Source of the DNA: Eledone cirrhosa
Lineage: Eukaryota
Assembly (NCBI GenBank): GCA_964016885.1
Contig: OZ024751.1
Coordinates: 24,986,001-25,050,000, forward strand
Reading direction: 5' to 3'
Length of the DNA stretch: 64,000 nt
Shown piece after piece: positions 41,568 through 59,581 of this stretch. Both the position numbers and the translations under genes were made by a program. The first letter of the stretch is position 1; the number at the start of each line of letters is the position of its first letter. The notes beneath the pieces are model-generated. The model saw nothing but the letters and a program-made list of their open reading frames with translations. It did not search any database and was not told the DNA's origin.

Positions 41568-42293
41568 TGTTGTTGTTACTGATGTTGTTTAGTATAGCAC
41601 TAAACCGAAATGCGATCATACAATGACAAGCTAACATTTTTTAGGATATCTTGGAAAGTATTTGGGTGTTATGGACGTATTTATCCTTATTTATGAAGGC
41701 CGTGTAGAAATAGAAGGACATTTGCTGCCTGTTTCTAGCATGTCGAGGTGCCATTTTATGCCACCACCATCGATTTTACAATATGCGTGTCTCAAGGGAA
41801 AGATCTCAATAGAAGTTAAGGAAATTCAAATGTAAATGCATGTAGTTTAGTAGTTAGTGTGTTTGGCTCATCGTTGTAAGTTCATGAGATCGAATCGCAA
41901 CGGTCCGTTGTTTCCTTGAATAAGGTACAATACTTCACGTTTCTCCAGTCCATTCCACCTTATCAAAACGAGTCACGCTGAATCACACTAAAAACTACGA
42001 TAAGGGTCAACGTATCTGTGGAATAATCGACCTCTTGTATATTAATCTCACGAGTTGGCTGCTCCGTTGTTCGAATAACTGGGTCACTCGTCGGAACCGA
42101 CGGAGCCCCAACACAAAAACAAAATTAATCTTTGAATTGAATGCTATAAGATAAATGACTAAGGCAAATAAATTAAGAGTACAACCTAAATGAAATCTTA
42201 GTAACAAATTGTAAGCTGAAACATCTAATGTAGTAAATCAACAAAACTAAAGTACTTATAATTAGCACACACACACACACACACACACGCGTG

Positions 42294-42351
<58 letters not shown>

Positions 42352-42379
42352 TAATTATGCACACACACACATATATATT

Positions 42380-42431
<52 letters not shown>

Positions 42432-42846
42432 ACATGTATATATATTTATAATACATATCAATATGTATATATATATAAATATAAATGTATATTTATATAT
42501 ATGTATATATATATATATACATATATATATATAAATACATATATATAAATTTACATTTACATATGCATATATATATATATATACATTTGCATATGAATAT
42601 ATATATTCACACATGTATGTATATACAATTGTATATGCATATATATACATACATACATACATACACACACATATATATATATATATATATAAATATATAC
42701 ATAAATACATATATATACATATATATTCATATGTATACATACTTATATATATATACATACATATATATACATATATGCATGTATGCATATACATATATAT
42801 ATACACACATATATATGTATATATATACATACATATATATGCATAT

Positions 42847-42950
<104 letters not shown>

Positions 42951-43459
42951 ATATATATATACATATATTTATATATATACATATGTAAAGTAGTGTGTCA
43001 CCTGTTATATTCTTCAAACTTTTCTAATATTTCGGCTCTAAAAATCCTTCGCCAGAAGACTATAATATATATAAGTTTCAGAAGATCCCATTAAGGGTGA
43101 AAGCAGCGACTCTTTGCCTAAACTTTCACCTGTTATTTTAATATATAAATATATATATATATTGTTATAATTGGGGAGGGTCATATTGTTGAAATAATAT
43201 TACCAGAGTTAATAATAGAACACACTCACTGTTTGGTTGGTTTTCGTTTCTGTATCTTTTATATCAGTTAATTTATTCGGTCCTCAATGTTTACCATTGA
43301 CTGACCAACGGTCAAATAATACAGATATAATATAGACACAAACACATATATATAGTCTAACAAAGTTCTTTCGTAGCACAACTGCAACACCGTCAGTGGT
43401 GCTATTATTATGTCTCTCTTGCTGTATTGTATATCTCCGGCGTAGATATATACACATAA

Positions 43460-44373
<914 letters not shown>

Positions 44374-44397
44374 ATATATATATATGTATATATATGA

Positions 44398-44450
<53 letters not shown>

Positions 44451-44484
44451 TGAGTGTGTATATATATATATATGTATATATATA

Positions 44485-45092
44485 TGTCAGGTCACCAGTT
44501 GGTGCTACTGGTAACATGACTCCCAGTACAATCTGTCTCATGGTCGGGTCGTTGGCGACTAAACTGGCAACCCCACCAAGGTTTCTTGGTGAGGAGGGTC
44601 ACTTTGGACATCCTGCAGGACTAAAAACAAAACCTGTCAGAAGGGCAAAGGAGCTCTTAAGATTCAATGGCCATCCAAAATCACCGGGAGAGATGACCCC
44701 TTAGCCTTTGTCAAGGCAGAATTCTAGGAGAAGGAAAACTCTGATATAACACCTGCAACCCTGATGGTATCCAATGATGTTGACTTGTTCTTCTTTTTGG
44801 TAAATATAATCTTGGTTAAGAGAGTGGGACTGGCTTTGTGCAGTGCCTTTGATCACTATAAAAGCTTCATGGCACAAGCATTGCTTTACATCTGGACATC
44901 TCTCTGCACTTGTCACATGGTACCATGGGCCCAGCACTATGTGTCAATAATTGTCACAGGTGTAGTGTTTGTACCAGAGTTTTCAAGTTGCTGGCTGGAC
45001 TAAAAATTCACACTCGTTCAGCGCATCGGTAGGAGTTCTCCTACATGGATATAAAGTAGTGGCCGTACTCGAAAACGAGTTGGCAGCCACCA
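44485..45092 (+). mobile_element. Non-autonomous bipartite RTE derivative, copy 2
   Basis: Same ends as 34491-35100; finger HRCSVCTRVFKLLAGLKIHTRSAHR* at 44955-45032. Confidence 0.7.
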
Positions 45093-45164
45093 TATATGTA
45101 TATATATATAATTATGTATGAATGAATATATATATATGTATGTGTGTGTGTATGTATGTGTGTA

Positions 45165-45250
<86 letters not shown>

Positions 45251-45384
45251 ATATATATATTATTATATATATATATATATAATATATATGTGTGTGGGTA
45301 TGTGTGTGCGTGTGTGTCTGTGTGTCTGTGTATCTGTGTGTGTATATATATATACACACATATATATATATATATATATACACA

Positions 45385-47253
45385 ATTCGTTTTTTAATTT
45401 GTTTTGCTAGATTTCTTATCTGAAAACGTGTCTTGAAACAGATATTTTTATACTTTGGGAGAGACATGTTGCCGATAAAAGCACACGCACCTCTTGGTTT
45501 ACACTTCTACTTTTTATAGGTTTCCGGTTAGTTGGTTTGTTCGATAACGGGAAGGTTGTTTATATATTGTCAAACCTCTTTGTCACACAAAATGCATAGA
45601 AATGATCAGCGAGAGCGATGTGGGATCCGTGGGATTGATACCAGTGAGCTGGGACTCCTACTTTAACTCTCAGACAACAAGGAATACTTAGACACACATG
45701 ACCTCAGCGACCTCAGCCACACAAGGACAGAAAGAGGCAGACCATCCACCATTACCTCAATGGCCAAGAAGACCCACACAGAAAGATGGAGCGGGTGGAC
45801 CAGAGCCATACGGACCCTCGAAAACCATGATGAATTAAAGACAATGGTCGCACATGCGGTGGGGGCCAGTATAAAACTAACCCTTAAGGAACATATGTTC
45901 AAGTTTAATGGCAAAACATGTGCCCAAGAGGAGGGAGCAGCCATTGGCGTTAGCATTGCAGGTGACATAGCTAACCTCTTTATGGTCTGGTGGGACAGAA
46001 GACTTAAGGAACAATTAGACGACAATTTTATAACCCTGACTATGTACTCTCGCTACGTAGATGACATAAATATTGTAGTAAAAACACCCCCACAGGAGAA
46101 CAGTCAGTAATTAGAGAACACCATGGAAAGCATCCAGCAAATAGCTAACTCCATCCACCAGAGTATTAAAGTTACTATAGACTACCCAACTAAACACCCC
46201 AACCATAGATTACCTGTACTAGACACAGAACTCTGGCTGGAAATTATTAGTGATAGAAAGCAAATCCTCCATTTGCATTATGCCAAACCCATGACCTCCA
46301 AATACCTGATCCACCGAAACTCAGCTGTTTCGGATCACATAAAAATCAACATACTGATTGTGGATTTAGTAAGAGTGATGAGGAACGTGTCCCACATGGG
46401 CAACCCTAAAGAATTAGAAAGACACATATAACACTTCATTCACCGCATGTAGTTATCTGGCTACAATCAGAGAGACAAGATCAGGGTATATAAAGGAGCC
46501 AGAACCAAGTGGGCAAAGATTGTAGAAAATGATGCAAATGGAACTTGCCCCATGTATAGGAGCATATTTTAGAACAGAATAGAAATGATTAGGAATAAGG
46601 CAAAAAATAAACTCATGGTATGATAGCAATAAATACCAGAGTGTAATGTTCGTTAATACAACCCATGGAGGCGAACTAGCTTATAGATTTAGAGGGGCCC
46701 TAGACTAGCTCATATTAAATAATAAGATAGTTGAAAGACCAGCTATTCCTATAAAAACTCTAATTAGCAAAACATACCCATTTCAAGATCCCCCGTGCTG
46801 ATAGGAAATGCATAGTCTGCAAGCTAAGCCTGCAAACTGCAAAACTAGGAACATAGTATATAGCATAAGATGTACTGAGGGACAGTGTAGGGATAAGAAC
46901 ATAACATACATAGGTGAAACAGCGCCTAGCACAGGAGAAAGGATAATTGAACACTGGTGAGAACTCCAGGATGGGAAAAACTCATCAGTACTCCACCAAC
47001 AAATCAGACACACACAGCTAAAAAAGAAAAAAAAAAAAAGTGACAAGATATTTAAACATAAAAATAAATAAAAACACACACACGCACCCGGAGGTAACTC
47101 GCACTCAAACTAAGTAGACAACACACCACACACAAAAATAAAATGGTGTAGAACATAACAAAGGAGAGACACACAAAATAAAGACCTCGTCACTGAGGAG
47201 GTCTCAGAAGGGAAAACCACCAAGTGCATGTGTTTTTATTGGCAGCATGACTT
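45385..47253 (+). mobile_element. 5'-truncated Penelope-like element with inverted 5' pseudo-LTR and partial 3' pseudo-LTR
   Basis: Inverted family N unit at 45385-45588, coding remnant 45590-46960, family N unit at 47060-47253 containing gtca-CTGAGGA. Confidence 0.85.
45590..46960 (+). pseudogene. Penelope-like RT and GIY-YIG endonuclease pseudogene
   Basis: FKFNGK..Q.EGAAIG..IANLFM..YSRYVDDI (RT); LPVLDTEL..YAKP (thumb); CIVC..NIVYSIRC..YIGET (GIY-YIG); stops and frameshifts. Confidence 0.9.
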
Positions 47254-47689
47254 ATATATGTATATATATATATATATATATATGCATAATTATATGTGTA
47301 TATATGTGTATATGCATATATATACATGTCCATATATATGTATATGCATATGACAGTCGATCGACTTTCGTCAAATCGGACCGAGGAAACGATGTTTCCA
47401 TTAGTCTTTCCAGTTGCTAATACTATCTATCGGTCGCAACTCAAGGACATAACGCATCGCCCGGTCTGGGAATCGAACTCACAACCTCACGATTGCGAAT
47501 CCAATCCTCTAACCACTCAGCCACACGCCTTCATATATACATATATATACACACACATATATATACATATATATATATATATGTATGACACATATGTATA
47601 AATCGCTGCTTTCACCCTTAACAGGATCTTCTGAAACTTATATTTTAATCTGTTATTTTAATAAATATTTGCTATATGGTTCTATATAT

Positions 47690-47734
<45 letters not shown>

Positions 47735-47763
47735 AATATATATATTTTAATATATATATTTTC

Positions 47764-47799
<36 letters not shown>

Positions 47800-47817
47800 A
47801 TATATATATATATATAT

Positions 47818-47912
<95 letters not shown>

Positions 47913-47997
47913 TCGTCGGGAGAAGTATATATATATATAAGAAAATGAGTTTTATTTTTAATTGAAAAAAAAAACACGTGTCCTACACAAGGGAGTG

Positions 47998-48157
47998 TAT
48001 AAGGAAAAAAGATGAAATCGAAAATGCAACTGGAGGCTTTTAAAGAATATTAATTCTACTTTTGGAAAGCATAAGAACTGTGAAACCGGTAAAGGAAACA
48101 AATAAATATTCTTAAAAAGACTCCAGTTGCATTTTCTATTTCATCTTTTTTTCTTAT
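47998..48157. mobile_element. Family M fold-back element with degenerate HHR
   Basis: Arms aaaaaagatgaaatcgaaaatgcaactggag / ctccagttgcattttctatttcatcttttt; ctt-ttggaaa-gca..tgt-GAAA-ccgg-TA-aag. Confidence 0.55.
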
Positions 48158-48158
48158 G

Positions 48159-48207
<49 letters not shown>

Positions 48208-48336
48208 ACACATATATATATAATATATAAATATATATATACATATGTATATATAAGTATATATTATATATGTATATACATATATATATGTATATATATA
48301 TATATAAATATATATGTGTATATATATATATATACA

Positions 48337-48388
<52 letters not shown>

Positions 48389-48390
<2 letters not shown>

Positions 48391-48601
48391 ACAAAGGAAT
48401 TGTGGTAAGGAACCAGATGGACCATAACGCACCAGAGTACTCAATACTTAGGGTAGTAGAGTGGGAAATAGGAAAAATTATGACCCAGACGGCAGAGCTC
48501 AAGCCGTTTCGACGGCTATTTCTGGACTCCAGAAATAGCCGTCGAAACGGCTTGAGCTCTGCCGTCAGGGTCATACATTTTCCTATATATATATATAAAA
48601 C

Positions 48602-48633
<32 letters not shown>

Positions 48634-48831
48634 TGAAAAGAGTCAGGATCCCGACGGCTGAGCTCCGGCCGTTTCGTCAGCTAGATCCGAACTGAGCCAC
48701 CAGTATTAGAAGGGCCGGACCTCAGCCGTCGGGGTCGTGACTCTTTTCATATTAGCCACTCTACAAGTATTGAGTAGTCTGGTGCGTCATGGTTTTCCTA
48801 GTACCATACCGTCTTTGTTATATATATATAT

Positions 48832-48876
<45 letters not shown>

Positions 48877-49058
48877 AACGAGTAGGACCCCGAGGGCTGA
48901 GCTCAAGCCGTTTCGACGGCTAATTCAGAATTAGCCGTCGAAACGGCTTGAGCTCAGCTGTCGGGGTCCTACTCGTTCCTATTACCCACTCTACTACCCT
49001 AAGTATTGAGTTTTTTGGTGCGTTATGGTCCACTTGGTTCCTTACCACATTTCCTTCG

Positions 49059-49061
<3 letters not shown>
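48389..49061. mobile_element. Cluster of three family A fold-back elements: 48389-48586 (-), 48633-48820 (+, diverged), 48873-49061 (+)
   Basis: Each is separated by (TA)n and has the same arm and tail architecture. Confidence 0.85.
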
Positions 49062-49104
<43 letters not shown>

Positions 49105-49115
49105 ATGTATGTATG

Positions 49116-49197
<82 letters not shown>

Positions 49198-49200
<3 letters not shown>

Positions 49201-49472
49201 ATAATAATAAATTTGAAGACTAAAATCCAAAGAGGGCTCGATAAGGATAAATATATATCAAATATATAAGAAACGTAGAGCAAATATTTATTAAAATAAC
49301 AGATTAAAGTTTAAGCAAAGAATCGCTGCTTTCACCCTTAACAGGATCTTCTGAAACTTATACTTTAATCTGTTATTTTAATAAATATTTGCTCTATGGT
49401 TCTATATATTTTCATATATATATTATCCTTATCCTCTTCGGATTTTAGTCTTCACATTTATTATTATTACTA
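49198..49472. mobile_element. Family G fold-back element; HHR-like motif at 49307-49359 (-)
   Basis: Reverse complement aagttt-CAGAAGA-tcctgttaagggt-GAAA-gca..tgc-TT-aaactt. Confidence 0.8.
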
Positions 49473-49530
49473 TATATATATATATATAAAAACTTGTTGT
49501 AACGGCTAGTAACTCGTTCATATATTTGCT

Positions 49531-49579
<49 letters not shown>

Positions 49580-49672
49580 TTATATATATATAACCCTTTT
49601 TACTCGATTATATGTAAACTCCCCCCCTTTGTATTTGTCCCTTCTTTTTATGCCTTTATGGTAAATAAAGAA

Positions 49673-50008
<336 letters not shown>

Positions 50009-50042
50009 ATATAATAACTTGTGTGTTACACCTCTATTCTTT

Positions 50043-50106
<64 letters not shown>

Positions 50107-50229
50107 TGTATGTAGGTATGTATGTGTAGATATATATATTATATATATATTTTACACCCGCGCACACTTTTATTATTACTATATATATACATATGCATAA
50201 GAGTATATATGTATTTGAATATATATATA

Positions 50230-50306
<77 letters not shown>

Positions 50307-50320
50307 TTATGTATATATAT

Positions 50321-50427
50321 GAAACAGTTCTAGTCCTGTAGAAGCTCTTCTATATTAAAACTTTTATATTCTGTTATGCATTGAGTACCTTACTTACTGT
50401 GGTTACCTCCGATTCAACCCGGAATAA

Positions 50428-50430
<3 letters not shown>
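50321..50430 (+). mobile_element. Family B copy truncated at the HHR GAAA
   Basis: gaaacagttctagtcctgtagaagc plus tail. Confidence 0.75.
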
Positions 50431-50463
<33 letters not shown>

Positions 50464-50909
50464 CGTGTGTGTGTGTGTGTCTGTGTGTACTACACACACA
50501 CACACACACAAATATATAGATTGATAGATAACGATAAACATTCACGTTTCGAGATTGCTATAATTCTCTATATATATGAATATTATTTGTTAAGCGTATT
50601 ACCTAAATATTATTCTGTTGTTGGATCTTCATTCAGTTTTCAGTTTTTGTTAAACATTTCCCCTTCTATCTTAAACTATTACATAATACATTGATATTAT
50701 ATACTAAATACTAAATATAATATTTAGTTTTACCTGTGTAAAGTATGTTATATATTGTCATAGGTTTATGATACGAGAGTTTCATGCTCGGGCTGTTATA
50801 AATAAAATTTATCCCTTGCAACCAAATGCCAGGAATAGTTTGAAAACTGGAAAATGAATAAGCCTAGAAAGAACAATCTAACGTTACAAACACGGTAACA
50901 TCACGTTAT

Positions 50910-51039
<130 letters not shown>

Positions 51040-51160
51040 GTATGTATATATATATATGTATGTAGACAACATCAAAATATTCCTAACAAGCTCATATGTC
51101 CCAAGGCTCTCATACCATCAACACTATACACACAGAGCTGGCATATCTAAGAACTGACTA

Positions 51161-51216
51161 ACTGCCTGATGAGGTCATAGCCATTCAATGGCTATCATCG
51201 AAATATATATAGCAGT
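51161..51216 (+). ncRNA. Type I hammerhead ribozyme (family J, copy 2)
   Basis: Same sequence as 9008-9063. Confidence 0.85.
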
Positions 51217-52152
51217 AAATAAAGGATTATGAGTTCATGCAATTGACTTATGTTTCGTCACTATATATATATGTATATATGTAGAATTATAAGTTCGAAG
51301 AATAGTCAGTTAAAATTTATCCAATTTTTTTCTTCTTACTCCATAGAAATCCAGCAGATAAATAATATATATATTCCACTACGAGGAACAGTCAAATAAA
51401 ATTTACCTACTATTTCCTGTTAGTCCGTAGAAATTAACTAACCAAATAAATCAATTAAACGGAGCTAAGTCTAAAATAAGAAAATATAGACAAACATTAC
51501 CGAAAATTCTCCCAGCCCCGACTATCGATAATTTCGCTCGTACTTTGTAGAAATGTCTAATCGTTGCATTATCCACGAGGCTCCGAGCTTTTCAAGAGAC
51601 TCTCTCAGTTAGGACCGACATTTCCAAATAGATCCCAGTTAGTAACGAATTCAAAAGGGGTGAATAACATCACGTTGATGGTGGTCAAGAAAGAAGTGTT
51701 GTGAAGAGCAGGCAGGTGGCAAGTAAGTTCAAATAATTATTAATCAGAGCTATATAAAATTATAAGTTTGAAGAACAGTCAGACAAAATTTATCCAATTT
51801 TTTCTTCATAGTCCATAGAAATCAACCAGATAAATAATCATTTAAACGGAGCTAAGTCTAAAATGTAACTTTGAAGAAATATTATAGGTAAATGTTATCG
51901 ATATACGCCTATGAGAAATAGTCAGATAAAATCTACACACACAGACACACACACATATATATATATAATATATATTTATTACATATATATATATATATGT
52001 GTGTGTGTGTGCGTGTATCTATATATAGTCAATATAAATATATGTACATATATAAATATATATATATACACACATATGTATACACACACAGACACACAAA
52101 CATACATGCACACACACATACATATATGTGTGTGTCCCTTTATATGTGCCTG

Positions 52153-52184
<32 letters not shown>

Positions 52185-52220
52185 TACAGGCACATATAAA
52201 GGGACACACACATATATGTA

Positions 52221-52264
<44 letters not shown>

Positions 52265-53051
52265 GATATATGTGTGTATATATACATACATACATCTATG
52301 TATGTATGTATATATACACACATACATATATACATATATACACATTTATACATATATACACATTTATATAAAGAGAGAAATAACAATTTCCTATGTTACT
52401 CTGAAAACACGACCATGTTTAAGTTCGATATTCATCCTTAAGTTTTTATCTTCATATTTCACCATTAGACTTTTATGTTTGCTTTACAAAATACCTTAAG
52501 TGTTTTACAAGTTTTATATTTACACTGCCCCATCGTCAGAATAATTTTCTAGCATTCGTGAAATATTTTTCATCGAATATTTTATCACTGATATACAAAC
52601 TAATATTTCATATCGTAGTCCTTTCTCCATTAATATAGTTTTCTCGTTTTTACTTCGAAATCTTTAAACTTCCTTCATTGCATAGAATTTCTAACGTTCC
52701 ACATACACACACACATACACACACACACATATATATATACATAAACGTATAACTGACTTATGTAACAAACAGAGGATGTACACATAAAACTGTCTCTCTT
52801 CTTTATGATAAATTTATATATATATATATTCATTCGTATACGTATATATATATATTTTTATAAATATGTCCATATGTATATATATAAATATTTGTATTTA
52901 TTTATGTATATATGTATATTTATTTAAATGTATGCACTTATATACCAGCAATATAATATCCTTACAATTGTGGCTTAAGGATGTCATATATTCTTCTTAA
53001 ACCAGACATTTCGACCTCGATACTCACAAACCTCTGCATACATGTGAAAAT

Positions 53052-53100
53052 GTTTCAGAAGATCCCGTTAAGGGTGAAAGCAGCGATTCTTTGCTTAAAC
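53052..53100 (+). ncRNA. Hammerhead-like motif with CAGAAGA core (family G)
   Basis: gttt-CAGAAGA-tccc-gttaa-gggt-GAAA-gca-gcgattctt-tgc-TT-aaac. Confidence 0.7.
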
Positions 53101-53117
53101 TTTAATCTGTTATTTTA

Positions 53118-53159
<42 letters not shown>

Positions 53160-53385
53160 AAGATGTATTCATAAAAATTCATAAGGAATTCATTAAACAA
53201 ACGTTTGTAAGCTAGGAAAGTTGAAAGTATTCCTCATCAGACCTAGATGGAATATAGTCTATTTGTTTTTTTATATACATATGTATATCCATATTCATGC
53301 GTATATATATATATATATATATATGTGTGTCTGATGGTAGCTAAGATGCTTCCATAGGCAGTATGTATATCCATATTCATGCGTG

Positions 53386-54485
<1,100 letters not shown>

Positions 54486-54502
54486 AGAAGGAGAAAGAAT
54501 AA

Positions 54503-54645
54503 ATAAGAATTAAAAACTAAATATTAAAGATTTAAAATTAAGTGTTCCGGTAAGTATTTTTTTTTATCTTCTCAACAAGGAAGATGAAAAAAGCTTATCT
54601 CAACACTTAATTTTAAATCTTTAATTTTTAGTTTTTAATTCTTAC
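54503..54645. mobile_element. Fold-back element with 3' half of HHR
   Basis: Inverted arms; atcttc/gaagat hairpin followed by GAAA...TC-aacact. Confidence 0.5.
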
Positions 54646-54921
54646 CAATTCTTTTTAATTGTAATACTCAACATTTGATAAGATGAATTTTAATAATACA
54701 TGGAAACCGATAATATTTTATATACTTTATATACATTATAAAATTCTTTTTTAAAAAAGAATTGTCCCTCTCATTTTTTCAATAATGTCAATTTGACGAT
54801 TCGAAGGAAGGGAAAACAAGAAAAACAGACCCTAAAATATATTTTCCGTGCTATTTCCAGCATCACCATTTCTCTATAACCACTGTTTCGTATAGAACCT
54901 TACCTTTTCTAATACACACAA

Positions 54922-54989
<68 letters not shown>

Positions 54990-54992
<3 letters not shown>

Positions 54993-55148
54993 ACATTGAA
55001 AGAGATAGAAGGCTAAACAATGCAAAATGGACTGTAAGATGAGGTTACAAAAAGTTAAATTTACCTGATCTTGGTTTTGTTGTTGTTTTATCTGGACAGA
55101 TAAAACAACAACATTTTGCATTGTTTAGGCTTCTATCTCTTTCAACGT

Positions 55149-55151
<3 letters not shown>
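54990..55151. mobile_element. Fold-back element with nested inversion
   Basis: ttgaaagagatagaaggctaaacaatgcaaaatg / cattttgcattgtttaggcttctatctctttcaa. Confidence 0.6.
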
Positions 55152-55223
<72 letters not shown>

Positions 55224-55316
55224 TTATTAAAATAACAGATTAAAGTTTAAGCAAAGAATCGTTGCTTACACCCTTAACGGGATATTCTGGAACTATATAA
55301 AATATATGAGTCAGTA

Positions 55317-55365
<49 letters not shown>

Positions 55366-55424
55366 GTGTGTATATATATATATATATGTGTGTGTATATA
55401 TATATATATATATAAATATATGAG

Positions 55425-55588
<164 letters not shown>

Positions 55589-55662
55589 AATATATATATA
55601 TATATATTTATATATAAATATATTTATACATTTTTATTAAATATTTATATATTTATACATTA

Positions 55663-55795
55663 CGGAGTGCAGAAATAGCCGTCGGACTGGCTTGAGCTCT
55701 GACGTCCGGGTCTTGTACCTTTTCCTATTACCCACTCTACTACCCAAAGTATTGAGTACTCTGGTGCGTTATTGTTCCTTACCACACTTCCTTCG

Positions 55796-55798
<3 letters not shown>
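55663..55798 (+). mobile_element. Family A truncated copy
   Basis: ggagtgcagaaatagccgtc plus tail. Confidence 0.75.
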
Positions 55799-55829
<31 letters not shown>

Positions 55830-55910
55830 GTATATATATATATAGAGAGAGAGAGATAGATAGATAGATAAATGTGCATATATATATGCATTTTTTGTTT
55901 ACAAACACAC

Positions 55911-55958
<48 letters not shown>

Positions 55959-55961
<3 letters not shown>

Positions 55962-56376
55962 TAGAAGGGGTATTTAAGTTGTTGGACGTCCGACAAAAAT
56001 AAATGTTTATAACTGATTTAGAGTACTCAACAGTGTACTGGAGTAAATATTTAATGATATTAAATAAATGGAAACTATATTTATAAAGCCATATTTATTT
56101 TATTATATATATTGCAAGGGTACCAAGAAAACATTGGTACGCCTTCATCAGATAAAATACAAAGTTTGTTTTATAAATAGAGACATACCCAATAGAGACA
56201 TATCCAGTTAAGTTCCAACCGATAAGGTATGATTTTCTTACCTATGTCTCTATTTATAAAACAAAGTTTGTATTTTATCTGATGAAAGCGTACCAATATT
56301 GTCTTGGTACCCTTGAAATATATATAATAAAATAAATATAGTTTTATAAATATAGTTTCCATTTATTTAATATCAT

Positions 56377-56378
<2 letters not shown>
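55959..56378 (-). mobile_element. Family E fold-back element
   Basis: Inverted arms; plus-arm HHR intact, minus-arm GAAA mutated to GCAA. Confidence 0.85.
56271..56334 (+). ncRNA. Type I hammerhead ribozyme (family E)
   Basis: tattttat-CTGATGA-aagcgtaccaatattgtcttggtaccctt-GAAA-tatata-TA-ataaaata; perfect 8-bp stem I. Confidence 0.9.
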
Positions 56379-56469
<91 letters not shown>

Positions 56470-56660
56470 GTAGGTCCCGGGTTGATTCGGGGATAACCAC
56501 AGTAAGTAAGGTACTCAATACATGGCAGAGTAAATTTTTTTTATTTTATAGAAGGAGCTTCTACAGGACTAGTACTGTTTCATTCAGATGAAATCTTCAT
56601 CATGAAGATTTCATCTGAATGAAACAGTACTAGTCCTGTAGAAGCTCCTTCTATAAAATA
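56470..56660 (-). mobile_element. Family B fold-back element folding within the catalytic core
   Basis: Centre gaaatcttcat-c-atgaagatttc; arms tgaaga-tttcatctgaat-GAAA-cagtactagtcctg-TA-gaagc. Confidence 0.8.
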
Positions 56661-56678
56661 TATATATATATATATATA

Positions 56679-56880
56679 TAGGAACGAGTAGGACCCCGAC
56701 GGCTGAGCTCAGGCCGTTTCGACGGCTAATTCTGATTTTTAGTCCAGAATTAGCCGTCGAAACGGCCTGAGCTCAGCCGTCGGGGTCCTACTCGTTCCTA
56801 TTACTCACTCTACTACCCTAAGTATTGAGTACTTTGGTGCGTTATGGTCCATCTGGTTCCTTACCACATTTCCTTCGTTA
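56679..56880 (+). mobile_element. Family A fold-back element
   Basis: Perfect arms around tctgatttttagtccaga, plus tail. Confidence 0.85.
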
Positions 56881-56993
56881 TATATACATATATATATATA
56901 ACCCAAATGCTGGACTTTACCACCCATCCATATATATATATATGCATACATATATATATATACATATATATATATGCATATATACATATATAT

Positions 56994-57028
<35 letters not shown>

Positions 57029-57193
57029 ACCCAAATGCTGGATTTTACCAACCATCCAGGGGTCCGGGTAAATCTTTCAATCACATATTTTTTTATTTGT
57101 TTGACCCGAATTACTTGGTCGTTTCTATGGCTGTGCCACACATCTCGGAAGTTGATTTTCGCTAATTCCAAAGCCGAAATACGATTCTCGCTA

Positions 57194-57343
<150 letters not shown>

Positions 57344-57512
57344 TTGTACATACATATATGTATATATATATATATATGTACATATATATATATACATATT
57401 TATGTATATATATATATGTACATATATATACATATATATATGTACATATATATGTATATATATATATGTACATATATATATTTGTACATACATATATGTA
57501 TATATATATATA

Positions 57513-57562
<50 letters not shown>

Positions 57563-57656
57563 TATATATATATATATATGTACATGTATATATATATATA
57601 TATATATGTACATATATATATATATATATGTACATGTATATATATATATATATATA

Positions 57657-57759
<103 letters not shown>

Positions 57760-57861
57760 GTATATATATGTGTACATATATACATACATATATGCCAGGT
57801 GGTGCTACTTATATTGACATGGCCTGGGCCAATGCTATTATATATATATATATATATACAA

Positions 57862-58001
<140 letters not shown>

Positions 58002-58238
58002 GCATATATACACACGTATATATATACATATCCATATAGAGAGATATAGATATAGATATACATAGACATATATATATAAACATATAAATATATATGCATA
58101 TATAAATATAAATTCATTATATAAATATAAATTCATATTAATATATATTTATTTATACACACATATATAGATTTATAAATACATAAATGTAAAAAAAAAA
58201 ATATATATCACTATATATATATGCGTGTATATATATAC

Positions 58239-58334
<96 letters not shown>

Positions 58335-58351
58335 GTATATACATATATGTT

Positions 58352-58420
<69 letters not shown>

Positions 58421-58437
58421 GTATATACTTATATGTT

Positions 58438-58485
<48 letters not shown>

Positions 58486-59119
58486 GACACATATTTATAT
58501 ATACATATATATATTTTAAATTCGCCATCATTGTTTAAAATTTATATATCATTTATTTGGCATCTCATAAATGTTTCTAAAACAAATCTTACTTTTGCCG
58601 AATATCATTGCATGTTGAGGATATGAAAACTTGTGTCTTTTACTTACTATTCTTGATAGTTTGGTATTTACAAATTGGTATATCCAGTGATTCTTCTGTT
58701 GTTGATTCTCGTTGTTCAAGATCGAGAGTATTATCATCACCAATTCTATTCGATGCTAAATTGTAGTCGGTGCAGTACATGTCTTTTTTGCAAAGATCTA
58801 CATATATCTAACTTACTTTTCTTTAGTATTTCCTCTTTTCTGATCCCTTTATATGGATGGTTTCGTTTCTTACTCAATTAATCTTTGTTCCCTTCCTTTG
58901 TTTTCTCTATTATGTCAGTTTTTTTAAAACAACAAAGATATTAATACTACTAATAATTATTAAAAACAAAATGGCTTTGTTTTCTACATCGTAGCGTATT
59001 TTCCTTTTGTTTTTCTTTTTTTTTGTCTTCTTTTTGTCGTGTTGTGTTTTTCACGTATTGTTTTCACATCTGCTTTATTATTATTATTAATATGATCTTA
59101 TTGACGTTAGTTTCTCTAA

Positions 59120-59121
59120 TA

Positions 59122-59169
<48 letters not shown>

Positions 59170-59173
59170 GGTA

Positions 59174-59269
<96 letters not shown>

Positions 59270-59275
59270 ATAATA

Positions 59276-59312
<37 letters not shown>

Positions 59313-59549
59313 TAATAATAATAATAATGTTATAACTACTATCTACTATTAGTAATTTTATCTTGCGTGTGTGTTTCTGTGTTTGTATGTGTGTTTGTAT
59401 GTAATTGTTTGTGAGTGTGTGGGTGTATGAATGTGTGTGTGTGTGTGTCTATGTGTGTGTGTGTCTATGTGTGTTGCGCTGTATGAGTTACTCAAGCGGC
59501 AGATTGAGATAACACCAACTTGACAATGGCATCATCATCATCATCGTTG

Positions 59550-59581
<32 letters not shown>

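Noticed and set aside
47455-47532. tRNA-like sequence on the minus strand
   Set aside because: Has A/B-box features but matches SINE heads; no complete cloverleaf established.
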